Translations under genes and position numbers: made by a program
The notes under the pieces: model-generated
What the model was told of the DNA's origin: nothing
The model's database searches: none
Seen by the model: only the letters and a program-made list of their open reading frames with translations
Origin: Octopus sinensis
Lineage: Eukaryota
Length of the DNA stretch: 64,000 nt
Direction: 5' to 3'
Assembly (NCBI RefSeq): GCF_006345805.1
Contig: NC_043013.1
Location: forward strand, 18,972,001-19,036,000
In this document: positions 1-12,197 of the stretch, piece after piece
Layout of the letters: the number at the start of each line of letters is the position of its first letter
Numbering within the stretch: position 1 is the first letter of the stretch

Positions 1-99
1 GTGATACCTATGTTTGAGTCACACCGTAGTAAGCTATTCTTACAGTTAAACATAAAGAATAACTACCCATCTATATCTGTCATCTGTCATATTGCATTC

Positions 100-113
100 T
101 CTGTCTGTCATTC

Positions 114-168
<55 letters not shown>

Positions 169-190
169 GTCTGTCTGTCTCTCTCTCAGT
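100..190. repeat. (TCTG)n microsatellite
   Basis: Direct inspection. Confidence 0.9.
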
Positions 191-629
191 CACACACATA
201 CGCAGACGCACGCACGCACAAACACATACACGCACTCGCACACATATTCGTAAATATGAATGTGTGCGTTTGGAGATAATGTGTGTATAACATACTGTTC
301 ACTTTTTGACAAGATCAGCAAAGAAGTATTCTATTCAGTAAAAATTAAATATCGTTTAATGAATACACGAATTATATATGAGCTACATCGAGTTCATGCT
401 AAGATAATGCAATAACCTGATAGGGTTGCACAGTGTACCGTGCACGATTCGGTATGCCGACTGATTGAGAGAAAAATAAATACAATTGTTTGCAAGAATC
501 ATTTATGTGTATTCAATCATATCTTTATACATAAAATGTTTTTCTGAAAAAAATATTATCACATGGCAAGACATCATAAATTATACTCAATAAATTTGCC
601 ATCTATCTGTTTGAGTTTCACTTACTAAC

Positions 630-938
630 CTTTTCCGTTTCTGCTGCACGATGAGGTATAACCTCTGTCCAAGTAACAATCAATGCGTATACTGTGTCAA
701 AATTATTAATCTGTCCTTTCGTCTTAATAAATTCATTTATTTCGCCTAAGAGACTGGTGTGAGTAGTGCTATCTCGAGATACGGGATATTTTTCTACCTC
801 CCTGTAGGATACGCTTCCCTGTGCACGAATATCAATGTCTGACCAGAAAGGCGCAAACGTATATGAATCTGAAGACAGAAGATTTTCGGCCTCATAGCTG
901 AACGTAGGCTTGGTGCTTATCAATCCATTTACATAAAT
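630..938 (-). CDS. NIDO-domain exon (309 nt, phase 0/0)
   Basis: Acceptor tatttcag|ATT TAT GTA AAT GGA and donor AAG|GTTAGT. NIDO-type motifs YVNGLIS, APFWSDID, GSVSYRE, VTW. Confidence 0.9.
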
Positions 939-1029
939 CTGAAATATAGAATATATAAAATCATGCGTATATCATTTTAAATATACATATACCGAACACT
1001 TCTTTCTCATTCGTTTGACATTGAGCAAC

Positions 1030-1430
1030 ATACATATGCATACATACATACATACATACATACATACATGCATACATACATACATACATGCATACATACG
1101 TACATACACACACACATACATACATACATATATATATATATACATACATACATGTATACATGCATACATGCATACATGCATACATACATACATACATATA
1201 TTCATATATACATGCATACATGCATACATACATATATTCATACATACATACATACATGCATACATACATACATACACACACACATGCATACATACATATA
1301 TATATATACATATATACATACATACATACATACATACATGCATGCATACATACATACATACATACATACATACATACATACATACATACATACATACATA
1401 CATGTGTGTATACATATGCACATACACAAA
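1030..1430. repeat. (ATAC)n / (AT)n compound microsatellite
   Basis: Direct inspection; explains the YIHT/MYVC pseudo-ORFs. Confidence 0.95.
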
Positions 1431-1443
1431 CACTCATGCACAT

Positions 1444-1855
1444 ATTGTCTTTTACTCCCTTGCACGTTTCAGCCATTTGACTGCGGCCATGCAGGAGCAC
1501 CGCCTTAAAGGATTTTAATCGAAGAAATTAATCGCACGACTTATTCGTTGTAAGCCTAGTACTTATTCCATCGGTGTCTTTTGCCGAGTCGCTAAGTTAC
1601 AGGAAATAAACACACCAGCATTTTTTGTCACGCGATAGTAGGAGGACAAACAGAGACTCAAAGACACATTCATAAATATACATACATATACGACGGGCTT
1701 CTTTCAGTTTCCGTCTATCAAATCCACTCACAAGGCTTTGGTCGGCCTGAGGCTATAGTAGAAGACACTTGCCCACAGTGTCACGAAGTGTTACTGAACC
1801 TGGAATCATGTGGTTAGGAAACATGCTTCTTAACACCCAGCGACACCTATGCATG
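1444..1855 (-). mobile_element. tRNA-derived SINE, family A (diverged copy)
   Basis: Matches other copies in the window: tail rc of ggcggtgctccagcatggccgcagtcaaatg and head rc of ...gggcaagtgtcttctactatagcc... Confidence 0.85.
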
Positions 1856-1861
1856 TATATG

Positions 1862-1922
<61 letters not shown>

Positions 1923-2020
1923 AAAATAAGGGTGAAAAAATTGGATATTAATTAATGACATCAATTTAAACACCAAGTGGCCTAGCGTATAAAAGACAGG
2001 GATTCAGTAAATATTATTAA

Positions 2021-2312
2021 TACAAAACTATGAGAGAGAATCCACTATGTGGACGCTCTAACGCTAGATATAGATCCGCAAAGGGAATCCACCACCAAAG
2101 AATTGTTCTCAAGAAATAATCCAACACAGCCAAGAACGTAAGCGAGCAGGACAAATCTATTTTTTCGTCATTTTTCATTTGTCCTGCTCGCTTACGTTCT
2201 TGGTTATGTTGGATTATTTCTTGAGAACAATTCTTTGGTGGTGGATTCCCTTTGCGGATCTATATCTAGCGTTAGAGCGTCCACATAGTGGATTCTCTCT
2301 CATAGTTTTGTA
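2021..2312. repeat. Near-perfect inverted repeat: 136-bp arms, 20-nt spacer, in a (TA)n-flanked module inside the intron of the NIDO gene
   Basis: Arm 2021-2156 versus reverse complement of 2177-2312: 134 of 136 identical by manual comparison. Confidence 0.95.
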
Positions 2313-2526
2313 TATATATATATATACATATATATATATACACATATATATTTGTGTATGTGTGTGTGTGTACAAACACACATACAACATGCATGCACAC
2401 TAAATTATATACATACGAATGTATGTATAAGACAACCAACATAAGTTATTTACAGTATAATAATCCTATAAAGATATGGAATCTTGCGGGAGGGAGTACG
2501 TCGGCAGCATCGCCCCTGGTGCACAA

Positions 2527-2580
<54 letters not shown>

Positions 2581-2874
2581 ATTATAATAATAATAATGGC
2601 TTTAAGTTTTGGAGAAATGTCCGTAATTTTAAGGGGCTAAGGACGTCGATTACATTAATTTGAGCAGAATTAGGCTTCCAGAATCATATGAAAGAAAAGA
2701 ACCTCTTAAACCTCGAAAGATGTGAGATTATAATTCCTTGAAGAAATTACATACAAATTACCCGAAACCCAGATAGAGCAACTCCCTTCTTGAGTGGGCT
2801 ATATGATTGAAAATATGATTTAGTCATCAGTTAAAGGATTTTAGAAACTGTTAGATATATCCTGGTTCAACACT

Positions 2875-3000
2875 ATATGGCGGTGTAAACGGGGCTGTGT
2901 GATAAGAAGTTTGCTATCCAACCACATCGTTCCGGGTTCAATCCCCCTGAGTAGCACTTTGGACAGTGTCTTTTACTATTGCTACGCACCGACCAAGACA
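2875..3000 (+). mobile_element. SINE family A head fragment
   Basis: ggctgtgtgataagaagtttgct...gttccgggttcaatcc (B-box-like). Confidence 0.7.
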
Positions 3001-3204
3001 GAGATATAAAGATATATGTGTCGCGTTTATATTTAGAAGGTGTGGCGCATGCATCGCCACTACGCAAAGTTGTCTGTGGCATAAATTGAACAGAGAATAT
3101 AAAAAACCAGGATGAATACCGCAGTATTTTTGTTAAATTTCTTGTTTTTTTTTTGTTATATTTCTTATAAATTATACAAGATTTAAAAATGTGATGATAC
3201 TTAC

Positions 3205-3314
3205 ATAAACACAATCCACCTTTTCGTTGTTAATTGGAACATCGACTGGGAAACAAAGATGCTGATACGTATCATCTTCTGGCAGTAATGGAATACCACC
3301 AGCTTGAAACAGAG
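3205..3314 (-). CDS. Exon at the start of the NIDO region (110 nt, phase 1/0)
   Basis: Acceptor ttttttttctatttag|CT CTG TTT and donor TAT|GTAAGT. Encodes (A)LFQAGGIPLLPEDDTYQHLCFPVDVPINNEKVDCVY and exactly bridges the phases of its neighbours. Not in the ORF track. Confidence 0.85.
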
Positions 3315-3399
3315 CTAAATAGAAAAAAAATCACGATAATCATTGATTATCACAGTAAATGTCGTTCTTAATATCATAAAAAACATATATCTTTTATAT

Positions 3400-3995
<596 letters not shown>

Positions 3996-4229
3996 CGCAC
4001 ATACATATATATATACGTACGTACGTACTTTACGTACATACATTCATACATACATACATACATACATACATACATACATACATACATACATACATACATA
4101 CATACATACATACATACATGCATACATACGTACATACATACATTAGTCTCAATTGATATGCTTGCCGGTGATGTAATATTGTGCCGAATGAAAATACGAA
4201 TGTGTATTTATGTCTATAATATTACTTAC

Positions 4230-4388
4230 CTTGAGCAGGCGTACACGGTGGTTCTGTGGTTTGTATAGTTGTTGGTAAAGTGGTATATGCTGCAGTGCTC
4301 AGTAATGTTGTTATAGTGACGTCTGTGTAGGTTGTCTCGATGGCTGTTGTCGTGTCTCCGGAGTAGGTAATATCTTGTGCACTTGTGT
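4230..4388 (-). CDS. Thr-rich mucin-like exon (159 nt, phase 1/1)
   Basis: Acceptor ttctttgttcctttggcag|AC ACA AGT and donor CAA G|GTAAGT. Encodes (Y)TSAQDITYSGDTTTAIETTYTDVTITTLLSTAAYTTLPTTIQTTEPPCTPAQ. Confidence 0.85.
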
Positions 4389-4837
4389 CTGCCAAAGGAA
4401 CAAAGAATTTAAAGCTACAGAAACTGACCTGCAAAACACTTTATTTAACTATCCTTGAAAGATAGATTAACATTGGTGGGCGATTAGATCTCAGAGAGCC
4501 GTGATGAAGCTCTACAACTGTTACTAGTTTCGCTGCCAGAAATTGCAGTTAAAAAATGTAAAAGTTACTGAAGATTATTATGAAGTAACTTAAGTTAGAT
4601 GTAAAAGCAAAAGCCTTAGATATACGGACCAAATAACTTTGGACTACCCTTAAAGTTCTGTGTTCAAGTCAAACTGAGGCTTCTTTCAGCTTTCGTCTTT
4701 TTAAGGACACAAAAAGAAACTACTATTCAAGTACTAAAGCCGCTCTCATTATACTGTTCCCGTCACCAGATTTCTGGCCTTGTGCCTATGTTAGAAACTG
4801 TTGTTGTTGTTGTTATTATTATTATTATTGTTATCAC

Positions 4838-5730
4838 GGCAGCCAGCTGGCAGAATCGTCAGCGCGCTGACAAAATGCTTAGCATTATTTTGCCCGGTAT
4901 TACGTCCAAATGCCGCCGAGGTCGACTTTGCCTTCCATCCTTTCGAGGTCGATAAATAAGTACCAGTTACGCACTGGGGTTGATGTAATCGACTTAATAC
5001 CTATGTCTGTCCTAGTTTGTCTCCTCTATGTTTAGCCCCTTGTGGGTAATAAAGAAATAGGTATTTCGTCTGTCGCTACGTTTTGCGTTCAAATTCCATC
5101 GAAGTCGACTTTACCTTTCATCTTTTCAGGGTCGAGAAATTAAGTACCAGTTGAGTACTGGGGTCGATGTAATTGCCTATCCCCCTCAACCAAATTTAAG
5201 GTCCTATGCCTATGATAGAAAGGATTATTATTATTGTTCTTAAGGCAGCAAATTGGCAGAGAAGTTAGCACGTTGGACGAAATGATTAGCAGTATTTTGT
5301 CTCATGCCAAGGTGGACTTGGTCTTTCATCCTCTCGAGATCGATAAAACAAATGCCAGTTGAATACTGGCGTCAATGTATTCGACTCAACCCCACCCCTC
5401 CAAGCTGCCCTTGTGGCAAAAGATTTAAAATAATAATAATTATTAAGTTAGGAAGCTTGCAGATTCGTTAGCACGCCGGGCAAAATGATAAGCTGCATTT
5501 CATGCATTATGTTCTGAGTTCAAATTCCGCCGAGGTCGACTTTGCCTTTTATCCTTTACGGCACGATGAAGAACGTGCCAGTGAAACACTAGGGTCGATG
5601 CAGTCGACTAGTCTCCTCCCCCACCACCAAATTTCAGGTAGAAATCGTTACCGCGCCGGGCAAAATGCTTAGCGGCATTTCTTTCATCTTTACGTTCTGA
5701 GTTCAAATTCTGCCGAATAATCAACTTTGC
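4838..5730 (+). mobile_element. Cluster of SINE family B copies (tRNA-like head plus ~180-bp repeat units)
   Basis: ggcagccagctggcagaatcg head, ctgagttcaaattccgccgaggtcgactttgcc core, junction aaagaaataggtatttcgtc near 5051-5070. Confidence 0.8.
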
Positions 5731-5733
5731 TTT

Positions 5734-6060
5734 GTGGAGGCGCAATGGCCCAGCTCTTAAGGCAGCGGACTCGCGGTCGGAGGATCAAGGTTGCGATTCC
5801 CAGACCGGACGTTGTGTATTTTTATTGAGCGAAAACACCTAAAACTCCACGAGGCTCCAACAGGGGGTGGTGGCGACCCCTGTTGTACTCTTTTGCCCCA
5901 ACTTTCTCTCACTCTTTCTCCATGTTTCTTGGGTAACGCTGCGATGCACTGGCGTCCCGTCCAGCTGGGGGGAACACATACGCCATAGAATCCGGGAAAC
6001 CGGGCCCATGAGCCTGGCTAGGCTTGAAAAGGGTGTATAAATAATAAATAAATAAATAAA
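5734..6060 (+). mobile_element. SINE family C (tRNA-like head gtggaggcgcaatggccc) with an alternative tail ending in (AAAT)n
   Basis: Head and body match 53665-54037 up to the ...actttctctcactctt...tgtttct region, then diverge into a different tail. Confidence 0.8.
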
Positions 6061-6139
6061 CTTTACTACCCCCTCCAAAATTTGGACCTTATTATTATTA
6101 CAATTTTGATCAATGATTTAAATTTGATAAATTACTTAC

Positions 6140-6185
6140 AAAAAATAAATAGCAAAAGACTTGTAATGTAGAGTGCTTTGGAATG
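6140..6185 (-). CDS. Signal-peptide micro-exon (46 nt, phase 0/1)
   Basis: Acceptor tttctttcttttcag|CAT and donor TTT T|GTAAGT. Encodes HSKALYITSLLLFIF; spliced product MHSKALYITSLLLFIFYTSA-QD has a typical signal-peptide profile. Confidence 0.8.
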
Positions 6186-6959
6186 CTGAAAAGAAAGAAA
6201 TACATTATATTATTTAGAGGAGATATTAATTACAAACATATATAGACACTTAATTAAACGTTAAACACACCCACGTATACAAATACACATACTTATACGT
6301 GTAAGTATACATATACATACAAATATACAGACATGCACACACACGCGAGCGCGCACACACACACACAAATGTATGTAGATATTTATGAACATAAATGCTT
6401 AGCCTGGAACGTGTGCATACCACACAGACACACACACATACATATAGACAATGTCACATGCACACATAGTTGCATAGACATACGTTTACACACACACACA
6501 TATAGACACACGGAGATACAACTGACGATAAAAAAAGAAACGGAGACAAAAAAAAAAGGGAGCAAGCAGACAAGTTGAAACTTGCTGTGCATTTAAAAAG
6601 ACTATTACTCTGTTCATGTCGGATTAAAATGGAATATCAGAATATAAGAATATCAAAATATACGAACAGATTTTGAAATTTTATACACATCTGTGTAATC
6701 AGGTTTGGATGACCTGAGCAGCATTTATATAGTCTCAATTTGAAGGAATATCATTGATATCAGGAAGGGATAATCACATCTGTGAATTTATTACTGCTAT
6801 ATGTTTAGGGATTTAAGATCAGGCCAGCCCTGACAGGACAAATAAGACCTAACTTATTTTATCTAGTAGTTAGGCCAGTGCTATCCTACTCAAGAAAATA
6901 CTATAAAAAGAAACCCAACAAATGTAATTGGTGTGGTGAGCGTAAGAAACCAATATTTT

Positions 6960-7172
6960 TTTCTACTCTAGGCACAAGGTTCGAGATTTTTGAGAACGCG
7001 GCCAGTTGATAAGATCGACCCCAGTACGCAACTGGTACTTAATTTTATCGACTCTAGGAGGATGAAAGGCAAAGGCAACCTCGGCGGAATTTGAACTCAG
7101 AACGTAACGGCAGACGAAATACCGCTAAGCATTTCGCCCTGCGTGCTAACAATTCGGCCAGTACGCCGCCTG
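6960..7172 (-). mobile_element. SINE family B monomer
   Basis: Reverse complement of the family B consensus seen elsewhere in the window. Confidence 0.85.
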
Positions 7173-7191
7173 AATAATAATAATAATAATA

Positions 7192-7252
<61 letters not shown>

Positions 7253-7255
<3 letters not shown>

Positions 7256-7834
7256 GAAAATGACCACATCTCACTCCTCTGGAACTTCACCATTCAAACT
7301 GACAGGAAGATAGATACAAATAGGCCAGATATCATATTGAAAGACTTCAGACAAAGAACATGCCTCCTCATTGATATGACTGTCCCAATCGATATAAACG
7401 TATCTGTCAAGACCTACCAAAAACTGAGCAAATATAAAGATCTTGAAATAGAAATCAGCAAAATGTGGAAGCTGAAGACTAAAACAATACCTGTTGTCAT
7501 AGGTGCCCTGGGAATGATAGCGAAAGGGACTGATTGCTACCTAACTCAGATACCAGGAAACCCCAAAATGGCAGAAATTCAAAAGATAGTGCTCATGGGA
7601 ACTGCTCATATCCTACGCAAAATACTCTCTATGTAATCCCAAGGTTAAAAACAAACTTTTTTTTGTTTATTTTTTATTTTTATGCATTAGACATTCACTA
7701 GTACAACACCAAAAAAAAACCCCAAAAAACCCCCACAAATATATGGCACAGAACTTCTAACCTGTTGTCTCTTGAGGTCTCTGGGTGAGACTTGGAGCCA
7801 ACTTGTACAAATGTAAACCAAATGTCAAACATAG
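7253..7834 (+). mobile_element. 5'-truncated Dong/R4-type non-LTR retrotransposon (restriction-like endonuclease domain plus 3'UTR) inserted in (TAA)n
   Basis: Open frame KENDHISLLWNFTIQTDRKIDTNRPDIILKD...LIDMTVP...KLSKYKDL...IPVVIGALG...LRKILSM* with RPD/ID/KY RLE motifs; (TAA)n on both sides (7172-7252, 7835-7880). Confidence 0.9.
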
Positions 7835-7879
7835 AATAATAATAATAATAATAATATAATAATAATAATAATAATAATA

Positions 7880-7910
<31 letters not shown>

Positions 7911-7912
<2 letters not shown>

Positions 7913-8470
7913 AAATGCCCTGGTGCAGTACCAGGCAGTGGTTCGCATGGCTTTTGATCTTAACCAATTGGAAGTGTTATCATGTACATTGTTTTTGCCT
8001 AGATATAAAAGATGGGATATAGCAAATATTCTGCTCAATACCACAGACTTGCTCGTCAGTTACTTGACCTTAACATGCGGAGCATGTCCCTTGGTGACTG
8101 ACGATATGTGCCTCTCTGATCCCGAGCAGAAATAGTGGAGGAGCATCATAGCCAAACCCTAAAGAACAATTCTTTAGGGTTTGGATAATTCACCTTTGGA
8201 AACATGGGTGTTTCGATCAACACTCTCAAACATCCTTATTCGGGGACCTTTTGAAAGAGATGGGCTACTCGACTTGAATATAGTTCTAAATGGGCCCCAC
8301 CTGCAAGTTCATGCGCTGTTTATCTTGATATGAGATCACCATGTTACACACCTTACTGTGATGCATGTGCGTGGTGTACCCTTATCAGGCGGGTAGTCAT
8401 GATGGGTACACTGGCTTCGTATATCTTACCACAATGTCACTTTGATGGCATGCACTGCTCTCTCACTCAA
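7911..8470. mobile_element. Unclassified interspersed repeat bounded by (TTA)n on the left and (TAA)n on the right
   Basis: Sharp boundaries at microsatellite tracts; no credible ORF. Confidence 0.5.
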
Positions 8471-8516
8471 TAATAATAATAATAATAATAATAACACCAA
8501 CCACAACGACAACAGC

Positions 8517-8558
<42 letters not shown>

Positions 8559-8661
8559 AATAAATATGCTTAAAATGTTAAAAAATAACAATAATCCAAT
8601 GAAACTTTAAGAGAAAAGAGAAGGAAAAGTGAAAAAGATGATCAAATTCAACGAGACTTAC

Positions 8662-8802
8662 CATAATGGCAATTTCTTTGTCAATTTCTTTGAAAAATAA
8701 GTTATATGTATGATATATTTTTTTAGATTTATTTGAAGCTGTTATAAATAGAGTTTATAAAATTATTGTACTCTCGACGTTAGGGCTGATTTGCTCTTTT
8801 AT
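8662..8802 (-). CDS. 5'UTR exon ending in the initiator ATG (only 8662-8664 is coding)
   Basis: GCC ATT ATG|GTAAGT at 8664-8656; acceptor ttttcttatttcag| at 8803; in-frame TAA upstream and no other ATG in the exon; supplies the Met needed by the phase-0 signal exon. Confidence 0.65.
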
Positions 8803-10470
8803 CTGAAATAAGAAAATGTTAAGGAAATATGTAAAGAAATAACTATTAGCTGAATCAATGTCAATGAAATGTAAACTGAAACGGGAAATGATTTAACGGA
8901 AAACGTGTTGTTAATGTGTTCAGTTCTGTGCATTGTACTGGTTGAGTGATGAATGAATTTGATTAAAGCAGAGTGATAGGAGAATATTTTAGTACACTGA
9001 GTAAAATATTACGTAGCAGCATTTCGTCTGTCTTTAAGTTCTCAGTTAAAATTCCTCTCGGGGATGGGGCGATGAAATAAGTCCCAGATGAGCACTGGGG
9101 TCGATATAACCTACATAGCCCGTCTCCCGAAATCGGGGCCCAAGTATTTTACGAAACCCCAAAAAGGGTAAGTCTACCTCGGCAGAATTTGAATCATGCT
9201 AACGTCGCTGCCAGCTCGCCGCATCATAATTCTCTGCTGTTAATAATTGTACTTCTTAAAATTTAAAGTAATGATGTATATACTAATTACCTGTCACTAT
9301 TTAAGTACGTCTTAATCAATGTGGTAATGGTGTGCATCCGAATCCTCATTATCAATGTACTTTCACGGTACTGTACTTCCTCTTTATTAATGTACTATTT
9401 TATTTATTGTGAAAATGGTTGGCGAGCTAACTACCGCTCAAAGTGCTTTCTGTGTTAGCAATATTTCACATCTGATGTATCTTTTAGATTTCAGATAAAT
9501 GCCAATTTTTAAAAATATATATTCGTAAAAGCAGTTTGCAATTAAAGGCTTCGTTGTATTCTATTAATAACAATAATAAAAATAATAAATTTTCATGCAG
9601 TAAAACAGCTCCACCCATATTACACCTTCCAACACAATGGGCATTTCCGATCTGTTGTATTTTAAATAGCTGGCACATCTACAAAGGTGGCATTTTCAAC
9701 AAGGAAGGAAACGTGGGAAATTTTTTAGGCAACCGGTTACATTAAACGTTTCTGGGGATAGTCTTCCGATATTTTCTTCTCACAGTGTCATGGATGAAAA
9801 GATTGGTGACAGGCACTTTCATTTCTGGCCAAGGCCAGACTAACTTTTTTTGTCTTCCTTCGTAGAAGGAAGATAAGGCTATAAAAGACGTGTCTGTCAT
9901 CGGACAGGTTTGGTAAAAGATGGATGCAAGTGGTTCGCATGTTGGGAATGAATGGCCCTACTTGAGTCCTATCCATGAAAAGTTAAACAAAGGCTCAGTG
10001 GTGGAACGTGTCTGGCGGAGTCGGAACAGTTCCTCCACTCCATTTTATTGTGATTTTGTCGGTCCCTTCATTCGATTTATAGTGTCATAAATTTTTAACT
10101 GCATTTTTGTGTAATAACATCCGATGCCTTGACCTCGAATTCCTTTCTGTGTTGTAACCTCTTTGTTTGGCCCTTGTGGTTCAAATAAGATTCATTTTTT
10201 TCTCACAGTGTGTCATAGTGACGCTCCTACGTCCTCCATTAACAACACCATCCCTCCACGAACACCACGACGACCACCGCCGCCTCCACCATCGTAGCCT
10301 TCGCCATTACTATTACAACTACACCTATCACACCCTAATTATCAGTATGCAACTTCTATCGATAATCACTCCTAGATAAATAGTCGAAGCGAAGAATTGT
10401 GGATTAAGCAGTATATAATCACCTAATCTCTCTCTCTCTCTTTCTATATATCTATCTATTACCTTCTGTC

Positions 10471-10503
<33 letters not shown>

Positions 10504-10619
10504 GTATCTAGCTAGCTAGCTATCTATCTGTTTGTCTATCTGTCTGTTTGTCTATCTATCTGTCTGTTTACCTGCCTATCTTTGTATATGTATATATGAG
10601 AGAAAGGCATTAAAAAATC

Positions 10620-11135
10620 GCTTTGCAAGACAAGGTCCCAGATATAGCGGTCCTCTCTCGGGCTGATCTGCCAAGGATTTACACTTTGCTGAGGAGAGCC
10701 CAAATTAGATGGGCAGGTCATTTTGGTCAAAAGCCTGTCGTTCGACCCCTAAGAGAATGTTTTACTGCGAACTGGCGGAAGGCGAGCGTATTTAAGTGGA
10801 CAAAAAGCGCTTCAAGGATACACACAAAGCCTTACTGAAGTTCTTTAAAATAAACCCCGATACTTGGGAAACGCAACCATAAGATCGCTCTGTCTGGCGA
10901 AACTACACCAATAGCGGTACCATCTGCTACGTCCAGAGAAAGATTGCCAAGGCAAAAAAAGAAAACGCGAACTGCGAAAGTCCAGAGCCAACTTTTCGCC
11001 TTTAGTTCCACTCGTGCTCGACCTGCGGCAGAGCCTTCAGAGCACGCTTCGGACCGATAGACTATAGCCTGATATTGTGGTCTGTCTTCTTCTCTCATGT
11101 ATGTCCTTGCTTACCGTCGACAACGACGGAGGAAT
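10620..11135 (+). mobile_element. RTE-clade LINE 3' fragment (degenerate)
   Basis: QDKVPDIAVLSRADLPRIYTLLRRAQIRWAGH, then a C-terminal HSCSTCGRAFRAR zinc-finger-like motif in another frame; terminal stem-loop CCGTCG-ACAA-CGACGG at 11114-11129. Confidence 0.85.
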
Positions 11136-12197
11136 TATGTATGAGAGAGTTAGGAGAAACACTGGGCCAATTTACGATTAGGTCGTGCATAGATTTCTTT
11201 GCGGACGCGGCAAAATGGATAAGTTGGGTAAAATGAGTAATTTTGATTTTTTTTTTCCCCGTCTACCTGTTTGAAACCATTACATTGCAAAAGTGCATCA
11301 TTTCGTACAATTGCATCATCTTAAAGGGTGAAAGTTGAAGTGGAAGAGAGTTTGAAGCAATCAGATGACTGGTGCTAGTTTTCAAGAATATTTTCCTCAA
11401 ATTTGACATGATTGTAATTGAGGTTGCCTATGGAATATCTGAATAACGTATGCCGTTTAACAAAGTTCTTTTCTCTATTAGATTCAGAATCAATATTTTC
11501 CCACGCTAATGATTAATTTGATAATTTTCAATGATCAAATGATGTCTAAAGTGGGATAAAATGAGTAATGATTAATTTAGATATATTCTACTTTAACTGT
11601 ATGGTGCGTAATACGTTTTTCAGTAAGGAAGACTCTGCAGCAGTTCGCAAAGAAGCTATAGAAAATATTTTAAATGAAGTTATTAGATTTAGTCGAGTTT
11701 CGTTCATTTTATATAATGAGGAATTTTTCCATGATCCTTTATTTGCCCCAGATATTTAAAATATTTGTTTCATTTCTCATCTTTTTGATATCTGAAAATT
11801 AATATCGATGTAATTCTGAAGAATGAACGAAAGAAATTTACATTAGTTCCTCTTACTCATTTTGCCCCGCATAAATTGTTCTCAATGAGAACGGAGATAA
11901 TTTTCTGAAATATTGTTCTGAACATGCTAAAGTCATTTTAATGCATTCAGAGACGATCATTTGGTTTAGTTTTTGTACGGCAGTGAACATTTGTAAAATA
12001 TAATTTTCTCAAAGGCAAAAGCGTAGTAAATATTACTTATTGTGCACTCCGCCATAATGTTTATCTTCCATATAATTGTTTTGTCACTGTTATCTTTGAT
12101 TGTTATCATAATCATTATGAGGCCCATTAGTCTAAGTTTGATCGAACAAGGTTCAAAACTCAAACGTCATTATGTAACTTATATATCTTATATATCA

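Noticed and set aside
412-455. Possible next NIDO exon between an AG near 456 and a GT near 415 on the minus strand
   Set aside because: Translation (SAYRIVHGTLCNPI) lacks the expected NTFQ-type continuation and the donor is weak; the next exon is probably off-window.
961-1518. Long ORFs rich in [12 protein letters not shown] (also near 3530-4160, 14420-14750, 19500-19890, 26200-27080, 49000-50270 and others)
   Set aside because: Translations of (ATAC)n, (AT)n and (AC)n microsatellites, which lack stops in some frames; no coding signal.
4389-4434. Alternative upstream acceptor ttttgcag|GTC giving MVSFCSFKFFVPLA
   Set aside because: The downstream acceptor has a better polypyrimidine tract and fits the phase-1 signal micro-exon. 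Not excluded as a minor isoform.
5734-5810. tRNA-like sequences at SINE heads (also 35186, about 53960-54037, 62723)
   Set aside because: They run into SINE bodies and lack a complete acceptor stem; SINE heads, not tRNA genes.
11200-11870. Repeated and inverted AAAATGAGTAA motifs suggesting a DNA transposon
   Set aside because: Too degenerate to define termini or a transposase; not assignable without a search.
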